A stretch of DNA of 64,000 bases from a virus, in IMG/VR virus record IMGVR_UViG_3300045988_107814, positions 96,001-160,000 of that record; one strand, written 5' to 3'. The position numbers were made by a program, and so were the translations under genes. The notes under the pieces are model-generated. The model did no database searches. It was given only the letters and a program-made list of their open reading frames with translations, and was not told the origin of the DNA. Shown piece after piece: positions 52,560 through 60,713 of this stretch (the stretch's first letter is position 1; each line of letters begins with the position of its first letter).

Positions 52560-54875
52560 TTACATCATATTAGATACATAATAATCAGTATCATAAGCTG
52601 TAACAAATCTCACACTATCATTATCTTCAATAATATGTTGGTCATTTGAAAAAATAATATCAGCCGTTTTTGGATCAGATACTAGATTACCTCTTGCACA
52701 AGCATTGAGAACAATAAGATCATACAAGTTAGGTCTGCCAATATCAATAATGGCTTTTACAATTTCAATGACTTTATTAGAACCGTTTTCAATTGTATTA
52801 GTAATATTAGCAAGAATATCATATGTCATATCACACCAGATAAACTCTCTATTAATACAATCGAAGATAACGGGCACACAAGTAGTAGATTCAGCATTAA
52901 CATCGATTCTATCTTGGACAGTAGACGGTTCAAAGATTTCTCCGCTATTCATATCGTTTCTGTACATCCATCCAAAACAACAATTCTTCATAGAACTGAA
53001 ATGTTCTCTAGAGTAGTTATGAACAGAGAGGATTACATATCTACCTCCAGTTTTGATAACCTTGTTAATATCTATATCAATAAACTCTGCTACACCAGCA
53101 CCATCTTCTGGACCACCATTTGTGATATCTCCAGAATGGCAACCGATATCAGACTTTAGATTAGTAAATGAAATATGGGATATAGATTTAAAATCTTCGC
53201 TAAATACACCAGCAGACAAATCTACATCTACATTACCGGTCCACCAAATAAAACTTCTTAGAATATTGGTACTATCGGAAATACTAATATGACTTCCTCT
53301 CGTAATATTCTTGGAAGATGGACTTGCACTTCTAAGATTAAATGGAACAATAAAGTTCTTAAAATCTTTGTCTACATAAACATTTCCTAACTTGTCTAGA
53401 TTAGATTGTTTACTAATAATAGCCTTAGCACAAACACCTGCTACTTCAGTACAAATATCAGACTCCAGATCTTTTAGGTTATAAGGGATAACTTTAATCT
53501 TAGCAGTAGATCCTTTGAGGAAAAATACTCTACTAGTCTTTTCATCACCAGAAGCTCTATGAGAGAAATATTGGAAAAGTTGAATTAGAATCGGAACAGG
53601 AATTTTATCAGCAACCTTTTTAAATTCTCTAATAACAAGCTTGCTATCATTAGGATTTTTACAAGCACTTAGAATTCTGTTTAGATTTCTTGCAAACTCA
53701 CCTGGACGAGTAGAACACATACCACAAATAGAAACAATAAGATTTTGATTATTATGACTAAAATCATCAATAAGTTTAGTCAAATGACCGTTAAACGATC
53801 TTATAGGACACTTACTGTAGTTTCTTAAGATGAAAAACATCTTAACTGCATTTGGGTATTGTTTACTGTATGTGTAAGGATGAACTCTCTCACCAACTCT
53901 TAACCATCTTTCTCTATATCTATACATATCTTCAATCATTCTCGGATTTAAACCACTGATGTCAACCGAAGGATTGTGAGAAGTAAAATAATCAAGTTCT
54001 TCATTCTGAATAGCAATATTATCAAGAACACTCATTAGAATTTTTCTATGTTTTCTTGGAATATTTCTATAATGACAAGGTTTAGATAATGAAGAATCAC
54101 TAGTATTAACATATGCTAGATATCTTAAGATATCTGTAGCTGTTTTATACTTACTTTTAATAAAGTCAATTCCTTTTGTATAGAAAAGTAACAAAGATAA
54201 ACTTGCTAAATTTTCCTTGTTAGGAATTTCAATATCGTTTGGAATGATAAAATCACCAAAGTATTTGAGTACTTTATATGCATCAATATTTCTCTCATAA
54301 TAGGTATTCGAACTAAATGTATTGATATCATTTTTATCAATAACGGATAGCGAAACCTTACTAGACATTAAGTTAGTAGTGATCTCTTTTACCATTTGAA
54401 TTGCTTCATATGGTGTGATGATTGAAATAGTCTTAAGCTTTTCAAGTTTATCTATTTCAATTAACGGAGTTCTTTGTTTTGTTTCATAATACGGAACTAA
54501 TCTTCCATCAGACATATAGTGAATAATTGCATTGATATATAATTCAGCATTACTCATATCCATTACTTGTTGAGGGAAATTAGGATACATACAATTGTAT
54601 TCAACATCGTCCCCTAAGTATTGCTTAATTGAAATAAGCAATACTTTATTATACCAATCTACAATATCTTCTTTATTGAATTTTAGAGCCAAAATATTAA
54701 ATGATTTTTCATCAAGTTTGAATCCATAATCATATAGATTCTTACAGATAGTAGCAACCATTTCTTTGGTCTCTGGATTAAATTCACAAGGATAAGGTAA
54801 TTTGCTATCATTATAAGGGCTGATAACACAGCCCTTTCTTCTGAAGAGTACGATTGATAAACTTGTTTTGTTCAT
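52560..54875 (-). CDS. 771-aa protein with a C-terminal TerD-like domain
   Basis: VDVDLSAGVFSEDF...FTNLKSDIGCHSGDITNGGPEDGAGVAEFIDIDINKV...GGRYVILSVHNYS (about 52980-53250) follows the TerD pattern vDLD......hSGDn.tG.g.GDdE.I.vdL. The N-terminal ~520 aa are unrecognised. AAGGAG RBS. Confidence 0.6.
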   Translation of the reverse strand: MNKTSLSIVLFRRKGCVISPYNDSKLPYPCEFNPETKEMVATICKNLYDYGFKLDEKSFNILALKFNKEDIVDWYNKVLLISIKQYLGDDVEYNCMYPNFPQQVMDMSNAELYINAIIHYMSDGRLVPYYETKQRTPLIEIDKLEKLKTISIITPYEAIQMVKEITTNLMSSKVSLSVIDKNDINTFSSNTYYERNIDAYKVLKYFGDFIIPNDIEIPNKENLASLSLLLFYTKGIDFIKSKYKTATDILRYLAYVNTSDSSLSKPCHYRNIPRKHRKILMSVLDNIAIQNEELDYFTSHNPSVDISGLNPRMIEDMYRYRERWLRVGERVHPYTYSKQYPNAVKMFFILRNYSKCPIRSFNGHLTKLIDDFSHNNQNLIVSICGMCSTRPGEFARNLNRILSACKNPNDSKLVIREFKKVADKIPVPILIQLFQYFSHRASGDEKTSRVFFLKGSTAKIKVIPYNLKDLESDICTEVAGVCAKAIISKQSNLDKLGNVYVDKDFKNFIVPFNLRSASPSSKNITRGSHISISDSTNILRSFIWWTGNVDVDLSAGVFSEDFKSISHISFTNLKSDIGCHSGDITNGGPEDGAGVAEFIDIDINKVIKTGGRYVILSVHNYSREHFSSMKNCCFGWMYRNDMNSGEIFEPSTVQDRIDVNAESTTCVPVIFDCINREFIWCDMTYDILANITNTIENGSNKVIEIVKAIIDIGRPNLYDLIVLNACARGNLVSDPKTADIIFSNDQHIIEDNDSVRFVTAYDTDYYVSNMM

Positions 54876-54898
54876 AACTATTAACTCCTTTATATAAA

Positions 54899-55531
54899 AT
54901 TTATTGGGTGAATAAATTTAAATTTCGGAAACGGAAATCATGATATCTGTATTCAAACCAAAATTATTTTAAAGAAGGAAGATATCACATAGCCGGAATT
55001 TAAATTAATAGAGTTCTTTGTATATGTATAATCAATAAATTTTGTCCAATCTTGATATCTATTTTCATAGGCTATAAGCCTAAACACTTAATAAGAAGGA
55101 AGATATCAAATATAACATTTAAAATCATATACAAAGAACAAGAGGCTCAGCTCAATCGTATATTCTAAATAAGGCTTTTATTATAAAATGAAGAAGGAAG
55201 AATATACATATAGCTGAATAAGCACTTATATTACAACAAAAAGTTCGCAAGATAACTTTTTGGTGTAAACAAATAGAAGACTGGTGTAGAGATAATAAAT
55301 CGGGGAAGTGAGTTATGTCGTAGTTCTTCTCTACACCAGCCAATTTAGTGAGGAAATTGGAAATTTGATAGAAGAAAAATAAGGGAGTACTCTTAAGGGA
55401 GTTACCCTCTTGAGTACATATAGATGGGATATAAGGACTGAAACTTATATCCCTGAAGTAAAAAATTAGGAGGTCGCTAGTTTCCATGCATGTACAATAA
55501 AAACTAACTATGTCAACGCAAATCGTTGCGT
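54899..55531. ncRNA. Gene-free, hairpin-dense region: candidate large structured ncRNA (alternative: iteron-type origin). Strand unresolved.
   Basis: At least 11 perfect or near-perfect helices. Three nested-helix modules each carry AAGAAGGAAGAT(A)ATC (54972-54987, 55093-55108, 55191-55207). There is no RBS-preceded ORF. Details are in the findings. Confidence 0.5.
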
Positions 55532-55541
55532 GGAAAGTGTC

Positions 55542-55871
55542 TTATAGTCTATCACAGATATCTTTAATATGCTTATCACAATTATAGATTCTGTTTTCAA
55601 TTTTAGCAATCTGGCCTTCTGTCTCTGATACTAATTCCTTAAGCATCTCAAGCTTTTCTTTATAGAAACGCTTAGAAGCCTTGTAGTATCTACGTTCCAT
55701 CTTAGCTTCGGCAATACGAGTAGCTTCCAGTTCATTACTAATATCACCTTCCTTCAAGGTTGCTACACCTTCGAATACTTCATCTCTACCACAAACTTTC
55801 ATGTTGATAGATGCGATGATTTTTCCATCTTCGACCTTAATAGTCTTATTGTCTTCCAAAAACTTAATCAT
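55542..55871 (-). CDS. Hypothetical coiled-coil protein, 109 aa
   Basis: AAAGGAA lies 9 nt before the ATG at 55871; the track start at 55880 is a TTG inside the RBS spacing. Confidence 0.7.
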   Translation of the reverse strand: MIKFLEDNKTIKVEDGKIIASINMKVCGRDEVFEGVATLKEGDISNELEATRIAEAKMERRYYKASKRFYKEKLEMLKELVSETEGQIAKIENRIYNCDKHIKDICDRL

Positions 55872-55900
55872 AATAAACAATTCCTTTCTTTAATTTGGAA

Positions 55901-55976
55901 TGGTGAGATATAAGAGGCTTGAACTCTTGACCCTCACATTAAAAGTGTGATGCTCTACCAACTGAGCTAATATCTC
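55901..55976 (-). tRNA. trnK: tRNA-Lys (anticodon UUU), CCA encoded
   Basis: Minus strand reads GAGATAT-TA-GCTC-AGTTGGTA-GAGC-A-TCACA-CTTTTAA-TGTGA-GGGTC-AAGAG-TTCAAGC-CTCTT-ATATCTC-ACCA. Confidence 0.9.
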
Positions 55977-56038
55977 AATTGACATATATATTTTACATAT
56001 ATGTTAGGGTTAAGTAATTTTTAACAATTTAAAAGAAG

Positions 56039-56066
56039 AAGCCACTGAGCTAATGCCCAGTGACTT
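56039..56066 (-). terminator. Rho-independent terminator (minus strand) after the holin gene
   Basis: AAGTCACTG...CAGTGGCTT (one mismatch) followed by cttcttttaaa on the minus strand. Confidence 0.5.
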
Positions 56067-56145
56067 AAACCTTAAACTAAGAACAACCAATAGATTTGCA
56101 ATTTCAGCAATATTTATATTTGTGTAAATTTATAATAAATAAAAG

Positions 56146-56556
56146 TTACTGTTCTTCTATATCACTAGTATTATCTTTGTTTTCTTGAGGTACATCCTCT
56201 TGTGTTTGACTAGAAGATTCGCTTTTATTTATAATATTGTTGTATATCTGTTTAAGATCTATACTAAATCTATTCTTTACAATAATACAAATTGCTTCAT
56301 ACATACCAGTAGATGACAATCCAAGAAAGATAAGTACAATGATCTTAGCAATAATATTTTCATTATCATAAGTACCTGGAATAGCAAAACCAAGGATAAC
56401 AGAAACAACAGAGTTGATATAAGGAATATATTTATTGGGTAGTTTCTTAATAGTACCTTTCAAAATAGTACCAATAACAAAACAACCGATAACAATGATA
56501 ATACCATTACCAACAAATAAATCAGAAACGTTAGTTAAAATGTCTTCCATATTCAT
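56146..56556 (-). CDS. Holin-like membrane protein (Hol118/phage_holin_4-5-like), 136 aa
   Basis: Three hydrophobic segments. TILKGTIKKLPNKYIPYINSVVSVILGFAIPG...LGLSSTGMYEAI parallels A118 Hol118 (IKKT.LVPSKWLPTVSILIGAILG...GGTGLFE). Charged S/E/D-rich tail. Confidence 0.55.
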   Translation of the reverse strand: MNMEDILTNVSDLFVGNGIIIVIGCFVIGTILKGTIKKLPNKYIPYINSVVSVILGFAIPGTYDNENIIAKIIVLIFLGLSSTGMYEAICIIVKNRFSIDLKQIYNNIINKSESSSQTQEDVPQENKDNTSDIEEQ

Positions 56557-56598
56557 AATAACTACCTCCTTTTTAATGATATGTTAAAAAATAAAGGC

Positions 56599-56622
56599 GT
56601 GGGTAGGATAACTCCTACCCAC
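56599..56622 (-). terminator. Rho-independent terminator (minus strand)
   Basis: GTGGGTAGGA-gtta-TCCTACCCAC (10 bp) followed by gcctttatttttt on the minus strand. Confidence 0.7.
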
Positions 56623-56634
56623 AACCTCTATTAA

Positions 56635-57066
56635 TTAAAACGGAATATCATCTTCTAATAACTTATCACAAACTGCAACTACATTCTTTGACTCATCATC
56701 TTCTAATAACTTATCCATAGTTGTCGTTATAGTCTGCGATGGTTCATTTGTATTTACAAATGGATTTGTCTCATCACATTTAAGAAGTTTAGCACTTACA
56801 AGTGCAGCACTTTCTTTTCTATTTGGATCAAGAACAAATTCAGCATCGATAAAAGTAGGATAGATCATATACTTTCCAAAGTGAGGAATTGCCATAAGTT
56901 GAATATTACAATGCTGACAGTATGCTGCTACTTTATACATTAAATGATTCAGTTTATTAGGAAATCCATCCTTATCAAGTGTATAATCATACAATGAACT
57001 TTCTATTATATCTACTTGTCCTCTACAATAGGGACAAGTCCCGTCAATTTTAGTAAATAGATCCAT
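56635..57066 (-). CDS. Zinc-ribbon protein, 143 aa
   Basis: CPYCRG ... CQHCN pairs. GGGGGA RBS. Confidence 0.75.
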   Translation of the reverse strand: MDLFTKIDGTCPYCRGQVDIIESSLYDYTLDKDGFPNKLNHLMYKVAAYCQHCNIQLMAIPHFGKYMIYPTFIDAEFVLDPNRKESAALVSAKLLKCDETNPFVNTNEPSQTITTTMDKLLEDDESKNVVAVCDKLLEDDIPF

Positions 57067-57069
57067 ATT

Positions 57070-57312
57070 TTAATCCCCCGATTCATATACAATTTTTCTG
57101 ATATCGCCAGATACAACTATTCTAGCATCAGAATAACGTTTACTATAACTTTCTGGATCATTAGTTAACATAGTATACTTCTTAAAGTTACCAGCAACCA
57201 ATACTTTACCAAGCTTAGGATTCATATTTCCGTTCTTAATACTAAGCTCCTTAATCTTATTAAGATGCTCATGTGAGAACATGAAATATCTAGTATATAA
57301 ACTAGAAGCCAT
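57070..57312 (-). CDS. Hypothetical protein, 80 aa
   Basis: GGAGGTGAATATA precedes the ATG at 57312; the track start at 57327 is a TTG inside the RBS. Confidence 0.65.
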   Translation of the reverse strand: MASSLYTRYFMFSHEHLNKIKELSIKNGNMNPKLGKVLVAGNFKKYTMLTNDPESYSKRYSDARIVVSGDIRKIVYESGD

Positions 57313-57327
57313 TATATTCACCTCCAA

Positions 57328-59058
57328 TCACTTATACTCTACATCTTGTTTGATTGTAAAGTTAGAAAGATTATCAAGTTTTCCAAGAATAGATTCAAGA
57401 AATTCTTTACCATTCTCAGTACCAAGTAATTCTTCTTTAGTTTGAAAGATAGAAGACATACTATAGATTTTTCTATAATCATCAATAAGTCTGTCTTGAA
57501 TATCTCTCCAATTACAAGGTTCTTGATAATCACTTAGATACATTCCGTCATATACCTTTGCATATGGACAAAGTAATCCAGTCATACCAGGATCACCAGC
57601 AGACGAGGTATCACAATCAACTTTTCCAATATGACTAGGATTAGCAAGTCTATACTTTACAGGAACTGCACTAGCTTTGTTTTCACCAATACCAGATGAT
57701 CCTTTAAAAGTATACTTTAATACACTGAATGTATCATCATCATTAACATTGTTTTTATAGCTTACTAGATTGTTTTTCTTAAGACAATCAAGAATAAACA
57801 TGTGATCAATATTCAATGTCTTAAAGAACTTTTCGATAGTAAGACTATTAATTCCGTTTGCCGCATTGATAAGAACTTTAGATAACTTAGCAGCATAAAA
57901 CCCTGCAATATATACAGCTATCTTAAGTTTCTTGAAAGACATATCGTAATTATCTTTATTGTATAATGCATCGAAATTGTACATCATCCAACGAAGAATA
58001 GCGATAAGATCTTCTTTATCTTCTTCTGGCAGTCTGAGTGTTTCTTTCATCATAATAGAGTAGTTCTTCTTTGTAGATTCAAGCATAGCCTGACCCTTTT
58101 CAACACTCTTATTTTTGAAATCTTGACCCAGAACACAAAGCCAATAATCTTTAGAATATAACTTCTCAAGACTAATAGCTTTCTTTGGACAATTCATAAG
58201 AATAGTTGCAATAAATGACTGAGTTACAGGTGCCTGATCCCAAATCATATATGGAACTGAGATATATACATTGTCCTTTTCATTAACAAATGCTACAAAC
58301 GATTCATTTGGCATATACGGTTCATCTTGAGTAATATATACTTCTTTAATACACAGATATTCCATTGCTTTTACAAGACCATATTTGGCCAAGAAATATT
58401 TACAAACCGGAATATCTACACCAAATAGATTTGTAGTGTAATTAATACACTGAACAATCTCTGTACTTTTTGTTCCATCTGAATTGAAGATTACATGATT
58501 AAGTTTATATTTCTTTTCAGATACAGTATGCTTTTGGAATACTTGTCTGAAATTAACACAACGCATCTTCTTCTTGTTAGAATTGTTGTTATAAGTCGAA
58601 GCATCTGCAATTTGATATAAAGTACTATACATAGTACCGCTAATTCTAAAGTAGTATTTATCTACAACCTTAGGAATATCAATGAATACAGATTTATCTG
58701 CAACTTCTCCATTGACTTCGATATGATAATTTACTTCAAGAAGTATAATATCACTATCTTTCAAGTCAATATAATCGTGAATATTATACATGATTCGTTT
58801 ATTTCTTCTCTTACCATCAGATTCAAGATCATAAACGATTCTCATTACATCTCTATAGTCATCAATTACTCTAAAGTAATTAACTCCAATAAAGAGTCGC
58901 TTACCCTCTACATTTACATTAGATGGTTCTGCGACAGACATGATAACTTTCTTGATAGCATCTACGATATCATACTCGCTTCTTATATAAAGCTTTTCAT
59001 TAAACGGTTCTCTGAAAAGTCTAGAATATTCAGCGAGCATAACTTTTGGGTTAATCAT
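57328..59058 (-). CDS. RNAP beta-subunit N-terminal-fragment-like protein, 576 aa
   Basis: Near the C-terminus, FKGSSGIGENKASAVPVKYRLANPSHIGKVDCDTSSAGDPGMTGLLCP (about 57560-57710) parallels GPGGL......R..HPSHYGR.CP.ETPEG..IGL. The protein stops about 70 aa later, i.e. it is a split beta. AGGAG lies 9 nt before the ATG at 59058. Confidence 0.6.
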   Translation of the reverse strand: MINPKVMLAEYSRLFREPFNEKLYIRSEYDIVDAIKKVIMSVAEPSNVNVEGKRLFIGVNYFRVIDDYRDVMRIVYDLESDGKRRNKRIMYNIHDYIDLKDSDIILLEVNYHIEVNGEVADKSVFIDIPKVVDKYYFRISGTMYSTLYQIADASTYNNNSNKKKMRCVNFRQVFQKHTVSEKKYKLNHVIFNSDGTKSTEIVQCINYTTNLFGVDIPVCKYFLAKYGLVKAMEYLCIKEVYITQDEPYMPNESFVAFVNEKDNVYISVPYMIWDQAPVTQSFIATILMNCPKKAISLEKLYSKDYWLCVLGQDFKNKSVEKGQAMLESTKKNYSIMMKETLRLPEEDKEDLIAILRWMMYNFDALYNKDNYDMSFKKLKIAVYIAGFYAAKLSKVLINAANGINSLTIEKFFKTLNIDHMFILDCLKKNNLVSYKNNVNDDDTFSVLKYTFKGSSGIGENKASAVPVKYRLANPSHIGKVDCDTSSAGDPGMTGLLCPYAKVYDGMYLSDYQEPCNWRDIQDRLIDDYRKIYSMSSIFQTKEELLGTENGKEFLESILGKLDNLSNFTIKQDVEYK

Positions 59059-59779
59059 TATCATCATCTCCTAACTTTATCGGTCCTTCCTTAGAGAGAG
59101 CGTTGTTGATATAATCTACATATTTATTATCATTAACACCATCTCCAATCCAAGGAAATACTAATGTCTTTCCAATAGGATTAGCTACATTAGGATTCAT
59201 ATCTTGAATTACTAGTGTAGCTCTTATATCCAATTTACCACAGATAGCTTCAGCCTTACCAGCAGTAATACTGTTACCTGAAAACTTTCTTTTATCATTA
59301 TTAAAGTCAGGACCAAATCTTTCAGCATAATTATTGATATTACAATGTTTAGCAGCAACGGCAGATTTAACTGCAAACATCAATGCTGTGTCATTAGTCT
59401 GATCAATATTAGGTGTGAATGCTTCATCACTAGATACAAGATGATTATATTCATCTTTAGATATCTTTTCTTTTGCATCCAATATATCCTGGAACGTAGA
59501 TGCTGAACCAAAATATGCTAAATGAGAATCTGAATAATTTTGTTTATCTTCTTCTGTAATTGGATAAACCATTGTCATAAAGATAGCACCATTAATATAA
59601 ACACCAGGCTTACTATAATCAATACCTGTGTTTGAATAGAATGGTAAAATATATCCATTGATATGAAGAGCTGTATTACAATCAATACAACAATTCATAT
59701 AGTCTTTAGAAAACATGTCACTCTGTTCTATTACTTCATAAATCTTACCATTTATAAAGGCTTTATTTTTTGCAACCAT
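59051..59779 (-). CDS. Hypothetical protein, 242 aa, with a possible C-terminal HTH
   Basis: AAGGAGAAATCTAAA precedes the ATG at 59779; the track start at 59824 lies inside the upstream terminator. ALMFAVKSAVAAKHCNINNYAERFG...SGNSITAGKAEAICGKL looks like an Xre-type HTH (weak). Confidence 0.75.
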   Translation of the reverse strand: MVAKNKAFINGKIYEVIEQSDMFSKDYMNCCIDCNTALHINGYILPFYSNTGIDYSKPGVYINGAIFMTMVYPITEEDKQNYSDSHLAYFGSASTFQDILDAKEKISKDEYNHLVSSDEAFTPNIDQTNDTALMFAVKSAVAAKHCNINNYAERFGPDFNNDKRKFSGNSITAGKAEAICGKLDIRATLVIQDMNPNVANPIGKTLVFPWIGDGVNDNKYVDYINNALSKEGPIKLGDDDND

Positions 59780-59809
59780 TTTAGATTTCTCCTTTTTTAT
59801 TAAAAATAA

Positions 59810-59840
59810 AGCACCTGCCGACATGAAATCGACAGGTGCT
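59810..59840 (-). terminator. Rho-independent terminator (minus strand) after the 246-aa gene
   Basis: AGCACCTGTCGA-7 nt-TCGGCAGGTGCT (one mismatch) followed by ttatttttaat on the minus strand. Confidence 0.7.
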
Positions 59841-59868
59841 ATTATTTTATCAAGCTATGTTAAAGGTT

Positions 59869-60609
59869 TTAGCTATTCATATCATTGCTACCCTTTGCGA
59901 TAGCTTTCATTTCTTCGCCGAACTGAATAGAAATGTTCTTGACATCCTTTACAACTTCGACAGAACCAGTTGCTACAACAACCAAAGAATTGCTATATTC
60001 TTCGTCACTCATCTGATCATTGTAAACTCCGATATAACCATCAATGATCAGTTCAACGATCTCATCGGTCTTTGCGTTAACATCAAACCAATGGTACAAA
60101 GTTTCAAATGCCTGCATAGTCAGCGTATAGATCATCTTCTCGTCGCTGATTGCATAGTTGTATGTCTTACAGAGAGTATTGTTGAAAATCTCCCAATAAG
60201 TCATGTTGCGTTCTTCGTCTTTAAAGTCGGTATAGTTTATCAACTTATCCTTGCTAATGTTCTTGATGTCAGCCGGATCGAAAGTGATATTATAGAAATA
60301 ATTCTCACCATCGGCATCGTAATCACTGACACAAGCTGCGATAAATTCACCTGTTTCTTTCTGAAATACAAGTGCTGCTTTTGCCTTGCACTTGAAGAAA
60401 GATGTGCTCATGATATCAGCACAAGTCTTGATTACATTTGCAAAGCAGTCAACGCTGCTATTGAAATGTGAACGTGGTGCAGGATTCAGACTAAGCTGAA
60501 CTTTGATTTCTTCTCCTGTGATTTTGTTTACAAAGCTAGGTGCTGCTGTTTCTACAGCACATTTATAGCTCTGTGGAATTGTTGATTCTCTCAAATAAAT
60601 AGTACTCAT
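59869..60609 (-). CDS. Hypothetical protein, 246 aa, with atypical C/G-ending codon usage (cassette D)
   Basis: GAGGAGG RBS, its own promoter-like box and its own terminator. The overlapping plus-strand track ORF 59836-60471 has no RBS. Confidence 0.85.
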   Translation of the reverse strand: MSTIYLRESTIPQSYKCAVETAAPSFVNKITGEEIKVQLSLNPAPRSHFNSSVDCFANVIKTCADIMSTSFFKCKAKAALVFQKETGEFIAACVSDYDADGENYFYNITFDPADIKNISKDKLINYTDFKDEERNMTYWEIFNNTLCKTYNYAISDEKMIYTLTMQAFETLYHWFDVNAKTDEIVELIIDGYIGVYNDQMSDEEYSNSLVVVATGSVEVVKDVKNISIQFGEEMKAIAKGSNDMNS

Positions 60610-60640
60610 CGTTAAAGTACCTCCTCAAAAATATTTTATA

Positions 60641-60684
60641 TTGATAGAGACATGTGTGTCTCTTATCGTTTATATGATATATAT
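60641..60684 (-). promoter_or_regulatory. Phage promoter-like box with a 5' hairpin, copy D
   Basis: Minus strand reads ATATATATCATATAAACGATAAGAGAC-acacat-GTCTCTATCAA (hairpin 60646-60663), then the SD. Confidence 0.4.
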
Positions 60685-60713
60685 TTATATCTTTGTTTAA
60701 CATGTGTTAAAAT

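Noticed and set aside
54972-55207. The three direct repeats AAGAAGGAAGAT(A)ATC as a mini CRISPR array.
   Set aside because: There are only three copies, each about 16 nt, with irregular spacing of 121 and 98 bp. The repeats are embedded in larger nested helices. No cas genes are present.
55152-55487. Track ORF of 111 aa (minus strand) inside the structured region. Also three mini-frames ending KKEDIT*, KKEDIKYNI* and MKKEEYTYS* over the GAAGGAAG repeats.
   Set aside because: No SD precedes the 111-aa ORF, it has low-complexity composition, and it runs through at least six strong helices. Only one of the three mini-frames has a start codon, so the repeat is conserved at the nucleotide level, not as a peptide.
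59836-60471. Track ORF of 211 aa on the plus strand.
   Set aside because: It is entirely antisense to the 246-aa gene, which has GAGGAGG, a promoter-like box and a terminator. The plus ORF starts inside the terminator hairpin and has no RBS.
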